64,000 nt of DNA, taken from contig CAJXYP010000006.1 of assembly GCA_913063225.1 (NCBI GenBank), positions 5,607 through 69,606 on the forward strand, written 5' to 3'. A program made the position numbers and the translations under genes. Positions within the stretch are counted from its first letter, which is position 1. Each line of letters starts with the position of its first letter. The notes under the pieces were generated by a model, which made no database searches, was not told the DNA's origin, and worked only from the letters and a program-made list of their open reading frames with translations. The stretch comes from an uncultured Cellvibrionales bacterium. Its GTDB lineage: Bacteria > Pseudomonadota > Gammaproteobacteria > Pseudomonadales > GM7GCV1. Of this stretch, positions 48,251 through 58,930 are shown one piece after another.

Positions 48251-49549
48251 TTAGCTGTGCTCAGCTGGGGGAACCACACATTCCAGCTTACGGCCCAAAA
48301 GTTTTTCAATTGGCTCCAATCGGAACGAATCGTCTTCACAGGCAAAACTAATAGAAACACCTGTTTTTCCCGCACGGCCAGTTCGACCAATTCGATGCAC
48401 GTAGTCTTCAGGTTCTTCCGGCAAGGTGTAGTTGACCACGTGACTAATATTATCAACGTGAATACCACGACCGGCAACGTCGGTGGCGACCAGTACTTTG
48501 ATCTGACCTGACTTAAACCGTTCCAAAGTGGACACGCGTTTTTGCTGAGGTACCTCTCCAGACAGAATGCCCACGGCGATTCCATCGCGCTTTAATTTTT
48601 CGTAGAGGCGTTTCACCTCATCTCTACGGTTGGCAAAGACTATCAGACTCTCAGCATTTTCGTTGGCGATTACCCGCTTCAACAGCGCAAATTTTTCATC
48701 GCTGGATAGGATATAGACCCGTTGCTCAACTGAATCAGCAGCCATATTGTCTGGCTCGATTTCGATGCGAATAGGCTCATGCAACCATCGTTCAACCAGA
48801 CGTTCAACGTCCGGTGTAAATGTTGCCGAGAAGAACAATGTCTGACGGTTATGGTTGCGAGGTGTCATTTGAACAATGCGTCTTACCTGGGGAATAAACC
48901 CCATATCCAACATGCGATCGGCTTCATCAATGACCATTACTTCGATTTGATCCAGGTGAACATCATTGCTGCCCGCAAAATCTATAAGTCGTCCCGGGGT
49001 AGCGACAAGAATGTCCACTAATTCTGTTTCAAGTTTCTGGCGTTGCTTATGTTGATCCATTCCGCCAACCAGTACCTGAACACTCAGGCCGGCATATTTG
49101 GCGAGTAGTTTGGCGTCTTCCGCTATCTGCATTACCAATTCGCGTGTTGGCGCGATGATAAGCCCGCGGGGTTCACCCATATAGCGTTTTTCTTCAATCG
49201 GGTTGCGTAGAAAGTCGTCCATCATGGCGATCAAAAAAGCAGCGGTTTTACCTGTGCCAGTTTGCGCTTTACCTACGACGTCATGACCACTCAGGCTATG
49301 GGGTAAAGCTTCAGCCTGGATAGGCGAGCAATACTCGAAGCCAAGGTCAGCAATCGCGTGCATCAGGGATTCAGGCAAATCTAGGTCGTGAAAACGAACT
49401 TTGCCCGGGGCTGGCTCAACTTTAAAATCACTAACATCCCAAGGCTTGGAACTAGGTGATTGGTCATTGCGGTTTCGTCCGGATCGATTGCGGCGTCGAC
49501 CAGAGGTTTTTGCGCCGGAAGCAGCGTCATTTGAAGGATCAGAAGTCAA
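48251..49549 (-). CDS. rhlB: DEAD-box ATP-dependent RNA helicase (RhlB-like)
   Basis: 432 aa with a Q-motif region (FHDLDL...CSPIQ), [29 protein letters not shown] and an Arg-rich N-terminus. Confidence 0.85.
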   Translation of the reverse strand: MTSDPSNDAASGAKTSGRRRNRSGRNRNDQSPSSKPWDVSDFKVEPAPGKVRFHDLDLPESLMHAIADLGFEYCSPIQAEALPHSLSGHDVVGKAQTGTGKTAAFLIAMMDDFLRNPIEEKRYMGEPRGLIIAPTRELVMQIAEDAKLLAKYAGLSVQVLVGGMDQHKQRQKLETELVDILVATPGRLIDFAGSNDVHLDQIEVMVIDEADRMLDMGFIPQVRRIVQMTPRNHNRQTLFFSATFTPDVERLVERWLHEPIRIEIEPDNMAADSVEQRVYILSSDEKFALLKRVIANENAESLIVFANRRDEVKRLYEKLKRDGIAVGILSGEVPQQKRVSTLERFKSGQIKVLVATDVAGRGIHVDNISHVVNYTLPEEPEDYVHRIGRTGRAGKTGVSISFACEDDSFRLEPIEKLLGRKLECVVPPAEHS

Positions 49550-49810
49550 AGAATATCTACGGTGTGGGAATGAAAGGGCGCGCAGTATAGCAAGGCTTTG
49601 ATAGCACAGCGAACTACATGATTTTCAAAGGGATTTCAAATTTACATGCAAAGAACTAGGCTTCATAGCTAACCCTATAGATAGCGCCCGCGCAGCCATC
49701 GAATAGAAGCACTGCCAAATAAGTTACGAAGATTGGATAGCGTTTATTCATTCCGCTTTGGAGGATTCTAGATTTTAGATGAATTTGGCCCTCACTCGAC
49801 CAAAATAATC

Positions 49811-51130
49811 TCAGAGGATAAAAAGCCCCAAAACTTCGGTATGCATACTTTGTGGAAACATATCCACTAACCCTAGGGATTGGAGCCTATATCCCTTTGA
49901 TACCAGCATTTCGGCGTCGCGGACAAAAGTAGCCGGGTGACAAGAAACATAAAGAATTCTATTTGGCTTAGGCTTACAGAGCTCAGCAACAACCGCTTCG
50001 GCTCCTGACCGAGGTGGGTCCAAGATAACGGCAGAGGCTTTGCGAAAAATAGCGCGTAGGTTTTTTAACGCATCAGAATCAAATAAGTCCGCCGCGAGGA
50101 AAGTCAGATGTTCCGACCCCTGTGCCTGACTACGAGCAGAATCAACCGCCTGCCCCTGAATATCTATCCCGGTTACCTGTCCCGCTTGGGAGGCCATCAC
50201 AAAAGAAAAATTACCTGCACCGCAAAATAAATCCAATAGATGATCGGATTTCTGTAAATTCAACAACTGCTCTATTTTTTCTGAAATACCCTTATTTATC
50301 TCTGCGTTGGCCTGCATAAATCCCGGCGGGGTAGATTTCTTTTTAGTCGGGTCGGGAGTATAAATAAGCGTCGCATTGCCTTTTTTAGGACGATACCAAA
50401 TATCGCAATGCTGCATCGCTTCGGGCGGATCTTGCAGGGAAGTAGAAGGCCCCGCCTGATCGGCAATAAGGATAAGAGATGTGCATTCCCCGTCAAAGCT
50501 TAGCTCAAGCTCACAAATACTATTGCCCTGTTGATTGCTTATCCGATCCACTAAGGCTGGTATATGAGGGATCAACAGATTCAACTCAGGGATAAGCACA
50601 GCGCATTGATCTATTGAGACGATTTGAGCGGAAGCCCTGTGTTTAAATCCGACTATTTGTTCAGGAGATTTCTTCGAAGTTCTACTAATGGAAAGCCGCG
50701 CTCGGCGCCGGTAAGTAAGGGGGTTGGATAAGAGTGGTTGCAACCAGATTTCCGGCTGAATACCTTTATGCTTTAGCGCGCTTTCAAGACGTGCTTGCTT
50801 GGCTTGCACCTGCGCAGAATAGCTGAGATGTTGTAGCTGACAGCCACCGCAGATACCAAAATATTCGCAACTAGGTTGAACGCGATCAGGGCTGGACTGC
50901 AGAACCGATTCTAGTCTACCTTCATCAAACTGACGCTGACTTTTAGTGAGAACCCAGCTAACTCTCTCACCGGGCAAAGCGCCCTCAACGAAGCAGGCTT
51001 TGCCATCATGGTGACCTACACCACGACCATCATGGGTTAGATCGTGAATTTCTATTTCGTTGGCTGGCAAAAGATAAGTCTCAGTCGAGAAAGCCGACAT
51101 ATTGCCGACCAAAGGCTTTTTACGCACCAA
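49811..51130 (-). CDS. rlmD: 23S rRNA (uracil1939-C5)-methyltransferase
   Basis: TRAM-like N-terminus (HDGRGVG..GALPGERV), Fe-S Cys cluster CEYFGICGGCQLQH, a SAM fold (DLFCGAGNFS, DPPRSGA) and VSCHP. Confidence 0.88.
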   Translation of the reverse strand: MVRKKPLVGNMSAFSTETYLLPANEIEIHDLTHDGRGVGHHDGKACFVEGALPGERVSWVLTKSQRQFDEGRLESVLQSSPDRVQPSCEYFGICGGCQLQHLSYSAQVQAKQARLESALKHKGIQPEIWLQPLLSNPLTYRRRARLSISRTSKKSPEQIVGFKHRASAQIVSIDQCAVLIPELNLLIPHIPALVDRISNQQGNSICELELSFDGECTSLILIADQAGPSTSLQDPPEAMQHCDIWYRPKKGNATLIYTPDPTKKKSTPPGFMQANAEINKGISEKIEQLLNLQKSDHLLDLFCGAGNFSFVMASQAGQVTGIDIQGQAVDSARSQAQGSEHLTFLAADLFDSDALKNLRAIFRKASAVILDPPRSGAEAVVAELCKPKPNRILYVSCHPATFVRDAEMLVSKGYRLQSLGLVDMFPQSMHTEVLGLFIL

Positions 51131-51158
51131 AAATTACGCATTTTTTCCTGTTAAAGGA

Positions 51159-51839
51159 CTAATCCAGTTTGTAACCGACGCCGTATATTGAGTGAATTAG
51201 ATCGCCTTCAGTAGATATTTCATTCAGCTTTCTCCGAAGGTTTTTAATATGGCTATCAATGGTTCGATCACTCACCACACGTCGATCGGTATATACCAAA
51301 TCCATAAGTTGATCGCGACTAAATACATTCCCTGGCCTTCGAACCATTGCCAGGATTAGTCGGAACTCAACTCTCGTTAACTCCACCTTTGTACCGCCGA
51401 CTTCACAAGAAAACCGGGATTCGTCCAAGCTTATACTTCGATAGCTTAGTTCCGATTGCTCTGACTCAGGCTCCGCTTCGACGCGTCTCAATACAGTGGC
51501 AACACGTGCTACCACTTCTCGGGGACTGTAGGGCTTGCAGATGTAATCATCTGCTCCCAGCTGTAACCCCAAAAGCCTGTCAATTTCATCAACCTTCGCT
51601 GTCATCATAATTATAGGGACTGAAGAAAAAGCGCGGATTTCTTTGCAAAGCTCCAAGCCATCCTTGCCCGGTAGCATAAGGTCCAAAAGTATTAGCCTTG
51701 GGCTATTTATCTGCACCCAGGACACAACGTCTAACCCATTGGCAATCATATGCGTCTTGTATTGGGATTGGATTAAGTAGTCTCTTAACAACTCAGCCAA
51801 CTTCGGCTCATCTTCAACGATTAATATTTCTTCGCTCAT
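51159..51839 (-). CDS. baeR: OmpR-family response regulator (BaeR-like)
   Basis: ILIVEDEPKL, LLDLMLPGKDGLELC, GADDYICKPYSPREVVARV, TIDSHIKNLRRKL. Closely co-linear with E. coli BaeR as I remember it. Confidence 0.85.
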   Translation of the reverse strand: MSEEILIVEDEPKLAELLRDYLIQSQYKTHMIANGLDVVSWVQINSPRLILLDLMLPGKDGLELCKEIRAFSSVPIIMMTAKVDEIDRLLGLQLGADDYICKPYSPREVVARVATVLRRVEAEPESEQSELSYRSISLDESRFSCEVGGTKVELTRVEFRLILAMVRRPGNVFSRDQLMDLVYTDRRVVSDRTIDSHIKNLRRKLNEISTEGDLIHSIYGVGYKLD

Positions 51840-53320
51840 TATTTATCTCCTATTTCTCGACGATGCAGGGACATGGTCAAAGTCATTTTGAGTCCGCCTA
51901 GATCTGAATGACTGACCTCTAAGGTAGCGCCATGGGCTACGGCAATGTTACGGCAAATAGACAGGCCTAACCCCGACCCGCCGGTGGCACGATTTCTTGA
52001 TTTTTCAACACGGTATAGCCGATCAAAAAGTTGCGGTAGTTCGGCGTCGGTGACCCCCGGTGCCGAATCCGAGACGGATATCACCGCCTGGCCAGCTAGA
52101 CAATTTAGCTGGATAAGCATTTTGCCGGGTCCATCGGTATAACGACAAGAGTTTTCAAGTAAATTACTAAACAGCTGAATTAAGCGCGATTCGTCTCCGA
52201 ATATCAGGGCATTTTCCTGATCAAGCTGAAGTTCGCAGGCCAAATCAGCCTCTTGCATACGTCTGTCAAACGTCTGCCTAGCCTGTTCTAGAACTTTTCT
52301 GACCTCAAGTGGCTCCATGCGATAACTAAGATCGCCCGCATCGGACTTAGACAGTTGATGCAGATCACTAATCAATCTACCCAATCTTTTAACCTCAGCC
52401 GCTAAAGACTCCATCTCTTTTGTATCCGGCTTTCGAAGACCATCCAATATCGCGTATATCTCGCCTTCCAAAACAGCGACCGGGGTTCTCAGCTCGTGGG
52501 ATATATCAGAAATCCACCTTTGCTGTGCCGTCTGATTAGCATGCAAGGTACTAGATAGCTTATTGAAGTCTCGAGCCAACTGACCCAATTCATCGTCTCG
52601 CTCTATATTGATACGAGAACCATAGTCTCCGCGCGTAAGGTTGTGTACACCTCGGGTCAATCCCCTAATAGGCGCCAGCAACCTAGCAGCTATATAAAGA
52701 GCCAACGGCAATACAAACGCGAGGGAAAGGATAGCGATCCAAATGGATATACGTAATTGACCTTCAACGAAAGTGCGATCCAATTCAGCTTCGATACCCG
52801 CGGCCCTAGGAGTAACAAGATACCCCACCGTCTCCCCCATATGCTCTACAGTAGTACTAAGTATTTCGCCTTCATCCGCGTTCAGGCGTCTGCCGCCAAC
52901 CCAACTCGAGTCCGTGTCCAGCAAAGTTAGGTTTGAAGGAGTGGCATCCAGAGCATTCTCTGTGCCGATGGAGGGCCGGATTAAAGTATCGAACTGAGCC
53001 TGTCCCTCCAAAAACCCGGATGGATCGAATCGCTCCGGTAGAAGTTGATCTATAGGCCGTTGTCGGGGTCTTCGACGAACTTCTACAACTTCACGCCACA
53101 GCGTTGCATTACCCACAAGCTCGTCCCAACTTTCTGATTCACTATAGAGTTCGGCAAGCATTACTGAGACGCGATCCATATTCTGGGTAGTCTGCAAATT
53201 CAGATAGGTTACAAAGCCTTTCTGAAAAGCCACTCTGGTCATCCAGACAGTCGAGATAACAAGCACAACCGCCAAAAGAGCGAAGGTAACGAGTAGACGA
53301 GCACGCATGGAATGTTTCAT
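51839..53320 (-). CDS. baeS: HAMP sensor histidine kinase (BaeS-like)
   Basis: 2 TM segments, a HAMP domain, H-box SHELRTPVAV, N-box LLENSCRYT and G-box GGSGLGLSIC. Overlaps the response regulator start by 1 nt. Confidence 0.85.
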   Translation of the reverse strand: MKHSMRARLLVTFALLAVVLVISTVWMTRVAFQKGFVTYLNLQTTQNMDRVSVMLAELYSESESWDELVGNATLWREVVEVRRRPRQRPIDQLLPERFDPSGFLEGQAQFDTLIRPSIGTENALDATPSNLTLLDTDSSWVGGRRLNADEGEILSTTVEHMGETVGYLVTPRAAGIEAELDRTFVEGQLRISIWIAILSLAFVLPLALYIAARLLAPIRGLTRGVHNLTRGDYGSRINIERDDELGQLARDFNKLSSTLHANQTAQQRWISDISHELRTPVAVLEGEIYAILDGLRKPDTKEMESLAAEVKRLGRLISDLHQLSKSDAGDLSYRMEPLEVRKVLEQARQTFDRRMQEADLACELQLDQENALIFGDESRLIQLFSNLLENSCRYTDGPGKMLIQLNCLAGQAVISVSDSAPGVTDAELPQLFDRLYRVEKSRNRATGGSGLGLSICRNIAVAHGATLEVSHSDLGGLKMTLTMSLHRREIGDK

Positions 53321-53497
53321 GGCAGTTACTATAACCTTGGGAATTTATTTAGCCAAAGGGGTCACAAAACTTATTGAAAAGCGTCACATAAATCCACATT
53401 GAGTGCACAGTTAACTCTGGATTAATTCGTAATATCTGCACGATTCCTGCACGCTAGGGGTCCAGTCTGAAACCTTCGGATTTCTTGGGAAGCTTCG

Positions 53498-55117
53498 ATG
53501 AAAAGTAACAATTTGAACCTAAGTATAATTTCTTGCTGGATTCAATCTAGAGCTTTAACTCTAGTATTGGCCATATCAACACTTTTAGTCGCCTGCGGCG
53601 GCTCGGGCGGAAGTACAGCGAACCTGCCGGTGAATCCGGTAACCCCTCCAGCGGCCGCGCCAAACCCCGCCGCTGATCCGGACCCACAACCAGACCCCGT
53701 TCTCGACAATGTCGATCAGCAATTGCAGGCAATTATTTTGGAGCAGGGGTTAACGGGCAATCCGGAAACCGGACGAGATTTGCCATCAATTAATGATGCC
53801 TTACCTCAACTTGGGAAACTTTTGTTTTTCTCAAAAAGCCTGGGTGGCGATATGGACGCCGCATGCGTAAGTTGCCATCACCCCTTATTAGGCGGTGCTG
53901 ATGACTTATCTCTCGCTATTGGTGTTGGCGCACTAAATCCAGACTTACTAGGACAGGGCCGCACAGATGCCGACAACCTGCCGGACGTTCCTAGGAATAC
54001 ACCTAGTATTTTTAATGTTGGGTTGTGGGACCGTGGACTATTTATGGACTCTCGAGTTGAAAGCCTAAACCCTACCGCTCTAGCAAATGGAACCAACGGA
54101 GGAATTAGCACGCCCGATACGGCTTTTAACGTCACAGACGTGAACGCAGGCGCCGATCTTCCAGCCGCTCAAGCGAAGTTTCCTGTTACGTCCAACGCTG
54201 AGATGAAAGGTACTATTTTTGAAAATGGTAGTAGCGGAGATACGATTAGGGCTCATCTAGCCGAACGAATCGGCGGCTACGGGAGTGGCTCTGGCGAGTT
54301 GACTACAAACAACTGGATTAGTGAATTTCAGATCGCCTTTGATTCTACTCAGGACGCGACCCAACTTATTAGTTTTGAGTCCATCTCTCTTGCCATAGGT
54401 GAATACGAGCGATCGATGGTCTTTGTGAACAATCCCTGGTTTAACTATATAAATGGTGACCTAGACGCACTAACTCCTCAGCAGAAAGATGGTGCAGTGC
54501 TATTTTATTCTAGTGTGGCAGACGGCGGTGGAGGTTGCTCCGAATGCCATAGCGGAGATCTATTTTCTGATGAGCTATTTCAAGTAGTCGCCTTCCCGCA
54601 GATCGGGCCGGGCAAAGGTCATGACACCACTGGCACCGGAGATTTTGGCCGCGAAGGCATAAGTGGTGCGAGAGAGGATCGTTTTGCATTCCGCACACCG
54701 AGCTTACTAAATATTGAGGCAACAGCGCCCTACGGGCATGCAGGCGCATACGAGAGCCTGAATGAAGTGCTCGACCACTACGACAACCCTACCGACAATA
54801 TCAGAGCCTTTTTAAACAATGAGGAATGGTGCGATTTGGATCAGTTTCAAGGTGTTGCTAATTGCGAGGGCCTATACCCAAATGCTCGCGAAAACTCTGA
54901 AGCAGCCTTGGATGAATTGGGCGCAGAACGGCTTGCTGGAACCAGTTTATTTGAAAACATCAACATCGGTAACAGAGAAGAAGAGCAGATTGTCTCTTTC
55001 CTTCGCGCCCTTACGGATCCCTGTATCTTAGATGATGACTGCGTCGCTCCCTGGATAGCAGATACCGGATCTACCGGGCCAGATGGCAATCAATTGAATG
55101 CCATTTTTTCGAACTAG
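53498..55117 (+). CDS. di-haem cytochrome c peroxidase family lipoprotein
   Basis: Lipobox LLVAC. Two CxxCH motifs (CVSCHH, CSECHS). PSLLNIEATAPYGHAG is typical of the CCP/MauG family. Confidence 0.82.
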   Translation: MKSNNLNLSIISCWIQSRALTLVLAISTLLVACGGSGGSTANLPVNPVTPPAAAPNPAADPDPQPDPVLDNVDQQLQAIILEQGLTGNPETGRDLPSINDALPQLGKLLFFSKSLGGDMDAACVSCHHPLLGGADDLSLAIGVGALNPDLLGQGRTDADNLPDVPRNTPSIFNVGLWDRGLFMDSRVESLNPTALANGTNGGISTPDTAFNVTDVNAGADLPAAQAKFPVTSNAEMKGTIFENGSSGDTIRAHLAERIGGYGSGSGELTTNNWISEFQIAFDSTQDATQLISFESISLAIGEYERSMVFVNNPWFNYINGDLDALTPQQKDGAVLFYSSVADGGGGCSECHSGDLFSDELFQVVAFPQIGPGKGHDTTGTGDFGREGISGAREDRFAFRTPSLLNIEATAPYGHAGAYESLNEVLDHYDNPTDNIRAFLNNEEWCDLDQFQGVANCEGLYPNARENSEAALDELGAERLAGTSLFENINIGNREEEQIVSFLRALTDPCILDDDCVAPWIADTGSTGPDGNQLNAIFSN

Positions 55118-55136
55118 ATCGTTCTGCAAGACTATT

Positions 55137-55925
55137 CTAGAGGGGGAGCATGGTGGTGTAACCACCGCGCTCTTCTAACTTTAGACGCATATCAAACAAG
55201 TCAGACATCCTTTGTGGAGTTAGTATCTCCTCTCGAGGCCCTTGAGCGAAGACCCGCCCCTCCTTCAACAATACAATCCACTCTACTTTTGCTGGAACCT
55301 CTTCTAAATGATGGGTCACCAATACCACCTTTTTACCCTGATCTATTAGGCCTTCAATGATTTTCAAATAGGTATGAGTGGCATTTACATCAAGAGCAGC
55401 AGTCGGCTCATCGAGAATCAAAAACTCAGGATCATTGATCAATGCTTTTGCCAGTAGAGCGCGACGCTGCTGGCCGGTAGAAAGCGTGCCAATTTCGCGC
55501 TCGGCCAAGTGCGCGATATCCAAGACTTCCATCTGAGAATATGCAGCATCAAGTTGATCTGAACTATATCTTTGATGCGCCCATGTCGTGACACTCGCAT
55601 AAAAACCGGAAACCACCACCTGGAGTAGGGACGCGTCTGCAATAAATCTACTTTGGTGCTCCTGAGACACCACTCCCATTCGTTGGCGCAATTCGTCAAC
55701 ATGCCAGAGCGGTCTTCCCAGTATTTTAAATTCAGTACCCGAATCTGGCATTGGATAAAGCTCTCTGTTTATTAGCTTTAGTAAGGTAGATTTTCCCGAA
55801 CCGTTAGGGCCTATCACCGCCGAACTTCGATCTGCCGGAAGACTCATTGTCAAATCCGAGAAGACCTGGCTTTCACCGCGCTTAACCCGAACACTGGTCA
55901 TTTCTAATAATGCTGAATTATTCAT
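55137..55925 (-). CDS. orphan ABC transporter ATP-binding protein (ModF-like)
   Basis: GPNGSGKST, LSTGQQRR, LILDEPTAALD. There is no adjacent permease gene. Confidence 0.8.
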   Translation of the reverse strand: MNNSALLEMTSVRVKRGESQVFSDLTMSLPADRSSAVIGPNGSGKSTLLKLINRELYPMPDSGTEFKILGRPLWHVDELRQRMGVVSQEHQSRFIADASLLQVVVSGFYASVTTWAHQRYSSDQLDAAYSQMEVLDIAHLAEREIGTLSTGQQRRALLAKALINDPEFLILDEPTAALDVNATHTYLKIIEGLIDQGKKVVLVTHHLEEVPAKVEWIVLLKEGRVFAQGPREEILTPQRMSDLFDMRLKLEERGGYTTMLPL

Positions 55926-56056
55926 TTATTTTTTTTGTAGAGAAGCTAGCAATAGTTTCTCCTGCAAACGGGCACCTGTATAGTTGGTTTTTGAAAGAAA
56001 GGCCCAAAAAAGGCACAAAGTTTGGCAAATCCACATAACTCACTTCTGGTTTTTCG

Positions 56057-56872
56057 ATGAAAGGCAAAATAATAGGCGCTATGGTCGGCGCTTGGATAAT
56101 GAATATTCCTGGCTTCTTTTTGGGGTTAATGGCTGGTCATTTTTATGACTCATTCCAAAAGATGACCCGCGGACACTTTGTTCATCTCTCAAGCCATGAA
56201 CGTGCTGAAATACAGCGGGCCTATTTTGAGACCAGCTTTAAACTCCTGGGTTATCTAGCCAAGGTCGACGGCCATGTCTCTGAAGCTGAGGTATCTCACA
56301 CTGAACAACTAATGAATCGCATGGGTTTGTCTGCCGCCCAGCGCACACAAGCGATCAATTTATTCAAAGAAGGCGCCGCATCGGGCTTTTCTATTTCAGA
56401 GACACTAGACCGTTTTAATCAAATCTGCGGACGTCAGCCGCGACTCAAACAAACTTTGATTAGCTATTTGATTACCCTCGCCATGGCGGACGGTAATATC
56501 GATAACAGCGAAATTCAGGCCTTGCGCCAAATTGCAGAAGGGTTGAGCATCCCCTCATTTGTTTTCGAGCAGCTGGTTAGTATGATTCAGGCGCAAGCCA
56601 GTTTTCATCAACAAGGTAGCTACTCAGGAGCTGTAGGACAATCACAGGCTGGAGCTCTGGATACTGCTTATCAAGCACTGGGCGTCGAATCCTCCGCTAC
56701 AGACGCAGAAATCAAAAAGGCTTTCCGAAAGCTTATTAGCGAAAATCACCCGGACAAATTAATTGGTCAGGGCATGCCAGAAGAAATGATTAAACTGGCC
56801 ACCGAACGATCGCAGGAAATCAGTAGTGCCTACGATCTTATTCAAAAATCCCGGGCCAACAAAAACCTCTAA
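56057..56872 (+). CDS. djlA: co-chaperone DjlA
   Basis: N-terminal TM segment, a TerB-like middle region and a C-terminal J-domain (AYQALGVESSATDAEIKKAFRKLISENHPDK). Confidence 0.9.
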   Translation: MKGKIIGAMVGAWIMNIPGFFLGLMAGHFYDSFQKMTRGHFVHLSSHERAEIQRAYFETSFKLLGYLAKVDGHVSEAEVSHTEQLMNRMGLSAAQRTQAINLFKEGAASGFSISETLDRFNQICGRQPRLKQTLISYLITLAMADGNIDNSEIQALRQIAEGLSIPSFVFEQLVSMIQAQASFHQQGSYSGAVGQSQAGALDTAYQALGVESSATDAEIKKAFRKLISENHPDKLIGQGMPEEMIKLATERSQEISSAYDLIQKSRANKNL

Positions 56873-56979
56873 ATACGGAAAACGATCCTATAGATGAAGA
56901 AATACAACAATTACAACTTATCTCTGACGCCATTACTCAGTACCTGATCGATAACGGTTTACAGATCGTAGTCACTTTA

Positions 56980-57717
56980 GTGATTTTAGCTGTCGGCTAT
57001 GTAATAGCAAAAAAACTCGGCAAAGTAGTCGAAGGGCTGATGATTACAAAGAAAGTTGACGTCACGCTCAGCCGCTTCGTTGGAAACTCTGCTCACCTGG
57101 TTATTCTCGCCTTTGTAATCATGATGGTTTTGGGTCGCCTGGGCATAAGTGTTACTCCACTAATTGCCATTGTCGGTGCCTTATCTCTGGGCGCTGGTTT
57201 AGCCCTTCAGGGCATGCTGGCAAACTACGCAGCAGGTTTCACCATCATCATCACTCGGCCATTTGTTGTTGGCGATACGTTGAGCGTGCAGGGCCAAACC
57301 GGTTTAGTTGAGAGCGTGCATCTTGCCTATACCATTTTGGTGGACGAGGACGGGGTACGAATTCAGATACCCAATCGTCTGGTTGTCGGCGAAATCATGC
57401 ATAACTCAAAAGAATCGAAATTGATCGAGCTATCCGCAGGGGTAGCTTACGATTCTGATCCGCATCAGGTAGTTAGGATCGTCACTAAAGCCATTGAAGG
57501 GATTGAAGGACTAGATGCTTTGCGAGCACCAACCGTCGGCATTGAGGCGTTTGGCGATAGCAGCATTAACATTGGCGCTAGGTTCTCCGCATCGACAGAC
57601 AAGTATTTTGAATTTTTGTATGCGGCTAACATGGCTATTCACGACGCGCTTAAAGAAAACCGCATCGAAATACCCTTTCCACAGCGTGAGATTAAACTTA
57701 CTCAGACCAACAGCTAG
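56980..57717 (+). CDS. small-conductance mechanosensitive channel (MscS family); N-terminus apparently truncated or frameshifted
   Basis: MscS core (GALSLGAGLALQG, RPFVVGDTL, IPN, FPQREI). The open frame extends upstream to ~56872 and encodes the rest of TM1 without any ATG/GTG/TTG. The ATG at 56894 is in the adjacent frame. Confidence 0.8.
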   Translation: MILAVGYVIAKKLGKVVEGLMITKKVDVTLSRFVGNSAHLVILAFVIMMVLGRLGISVTPLIAIVGALSLGAGLALQGMLANYAAGFTIIITRPFVVGDTLSVQGQTGLVESVHLAYTILVDEDGVRIQIPNRLVVGEIMHNSKESKLIELSAGVAYDSDPHQVVRIVTKAIEGIEGLDALRAPTVGIEAFGDSSINIGARFSASTDKYFEFLYAANMAIHDALKENRIEIPFPQREIKLTQTNS

Positions 57718-57730
57718 TCCAGCCAGAAAT

Positions 57731-57754
57731 ATGAGCGCGAGTTTCCGCGCTCAT
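57731..57754 (+). terminator. hairpin downstream of the MscS gene (probable terminator, weak U-tract)
   Basis: 9-bp stem ATGAGCGCG / CGCGCTCAT with a 6-nt loop, followed by TAATCTTTAT. Confidence 0.45.
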
Positions 57755-57835
57755 TAATCTTTATACGATTCCACTTAAGAATTTTCGAAGTAGTGACGAA
57801 TCTATCTTTCAGTAACTATCTTTTCGGTATTCTGA

Positions 57836-58930
57836 ATGAAGCGGTTGGCGTTGGTTTGTCTGGCTACTTTGATCATATTATCTGGCTGCGGTGGCGGTGG
57901 CTCGTCACAGTCCGCGACCAGTAACGCTTTCTCTTCTAAAATCCCGGAAGTTACTCCTGCAGCAGTTTCTCAACCACTAGATACCAAATTCAATAAATCC
58001 TGGAGCTTTGGAGACAATGAGTTTCTATTAGTCTCCACAGAGAAAGCTCTGTGGATGTCTAATAACACAACTCAAAATTGCTATCTGGTAGAAAAACTAG
58101 ATGTGGTCTCCAGTAGCGAATCGTCGATTGCGTTAGAAAACCCCCTAGGCGAGTTATCGCAACTGCACTTCACAGATAACGGCGATACTGAGGCGATTGT
58201 AAATATTGATGGAAGTGAGCGATTGGCTAGTTCAGCTCCCACTGAGTTGATTTCTTTTTCCGCAGGTTTGCCTCTTTGCACCGCAAGTTCAGCAGCCGGC
58301 AAAATCGAAGCAATATTAGATCTGGTTGAAGTTCCTACAATAGTGAAGGTGGATCGCGAGGCGTCGGCGATGATCACCACAGAATTAGACTGGTCGGTTA
58401 GTTTTGATATCAACGACTCTGGGCAGATCGACGCTGGAGATGTCTCCCTTCACCTTTCTAATATTAAGCACCCAAATAAATCTGAAGCGGTTGTCCCGCT
58501 TGTCCACCTTGAAAGCCGCTTAGTTATATATACATCTGCAGAAATGGGATACAGTATTTTAGACGCAGCAAATATTTCTGCCGATGCAAACGGGTTGATG
58601 TTCTCCGTCGATGCCAGCACTCACCCCCTGCTAAGCCTGATCACCGAAAATACCGGGGTATATGCCACTTCCTCAATTTTTTATGAATCACCAGAAACCG
58701 ATGACCTTTGGGCAGGGGCAGTCGACGGCCCTTGGAATTGGACGTCGTCCTTTCACAAAGATGAGTTCCCGGATGAACCCGAGACTAATGGGTTTTCAAA
58801 AAGTCAGGGAGAGCAACATATCTATAGCCCCATTTATCAGGTCAATGCTTTAACCGATGGGGTAAACGACATAGTCGGCGAAGCAAATTGGATTGATATT
58901 CTTGATCTAGAGATCAATCTCAGTCTTTAG
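57836..58930 (+). CDS. hypothetical lipoprotein
   Basis: Lipobox ILSGCGGGG. 364 aa, acidic, with no family I can recognise. The 3' end overlaps the convergent prmC by 11 nt. Confidence 0.6.
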   Translation: MKRLALVCLATLIILSGCGGGGSSQSATSNAFSSKIPEVTPAAVSQPLDTKFNKSWSFGDNEFLLVSTEKALWMSNNTTQNCYLVEKLDVVSSSESSIALENPLGELSQLHFTDNGDTEAIVNIDGSERLASSAPTELISFSAGLPLCTASSAAGKIEAILDLVEVPTIVKVDREASAMITTELDWSVSFDINDSGQIDAGDVSLHLSNIKHPNKSEAVVPLVHLESRLVIYTSAEMGYSILDAANISADANGLMFSVDASTHPLLSLITENTGVYATSSIFYESPETDDLWAGAVDGPWNWTSSFHKDEFPDEPETNGFSKSQGEQHIYSPIYQVNALTDGVNDIVGEANWIDILDLEINLSL

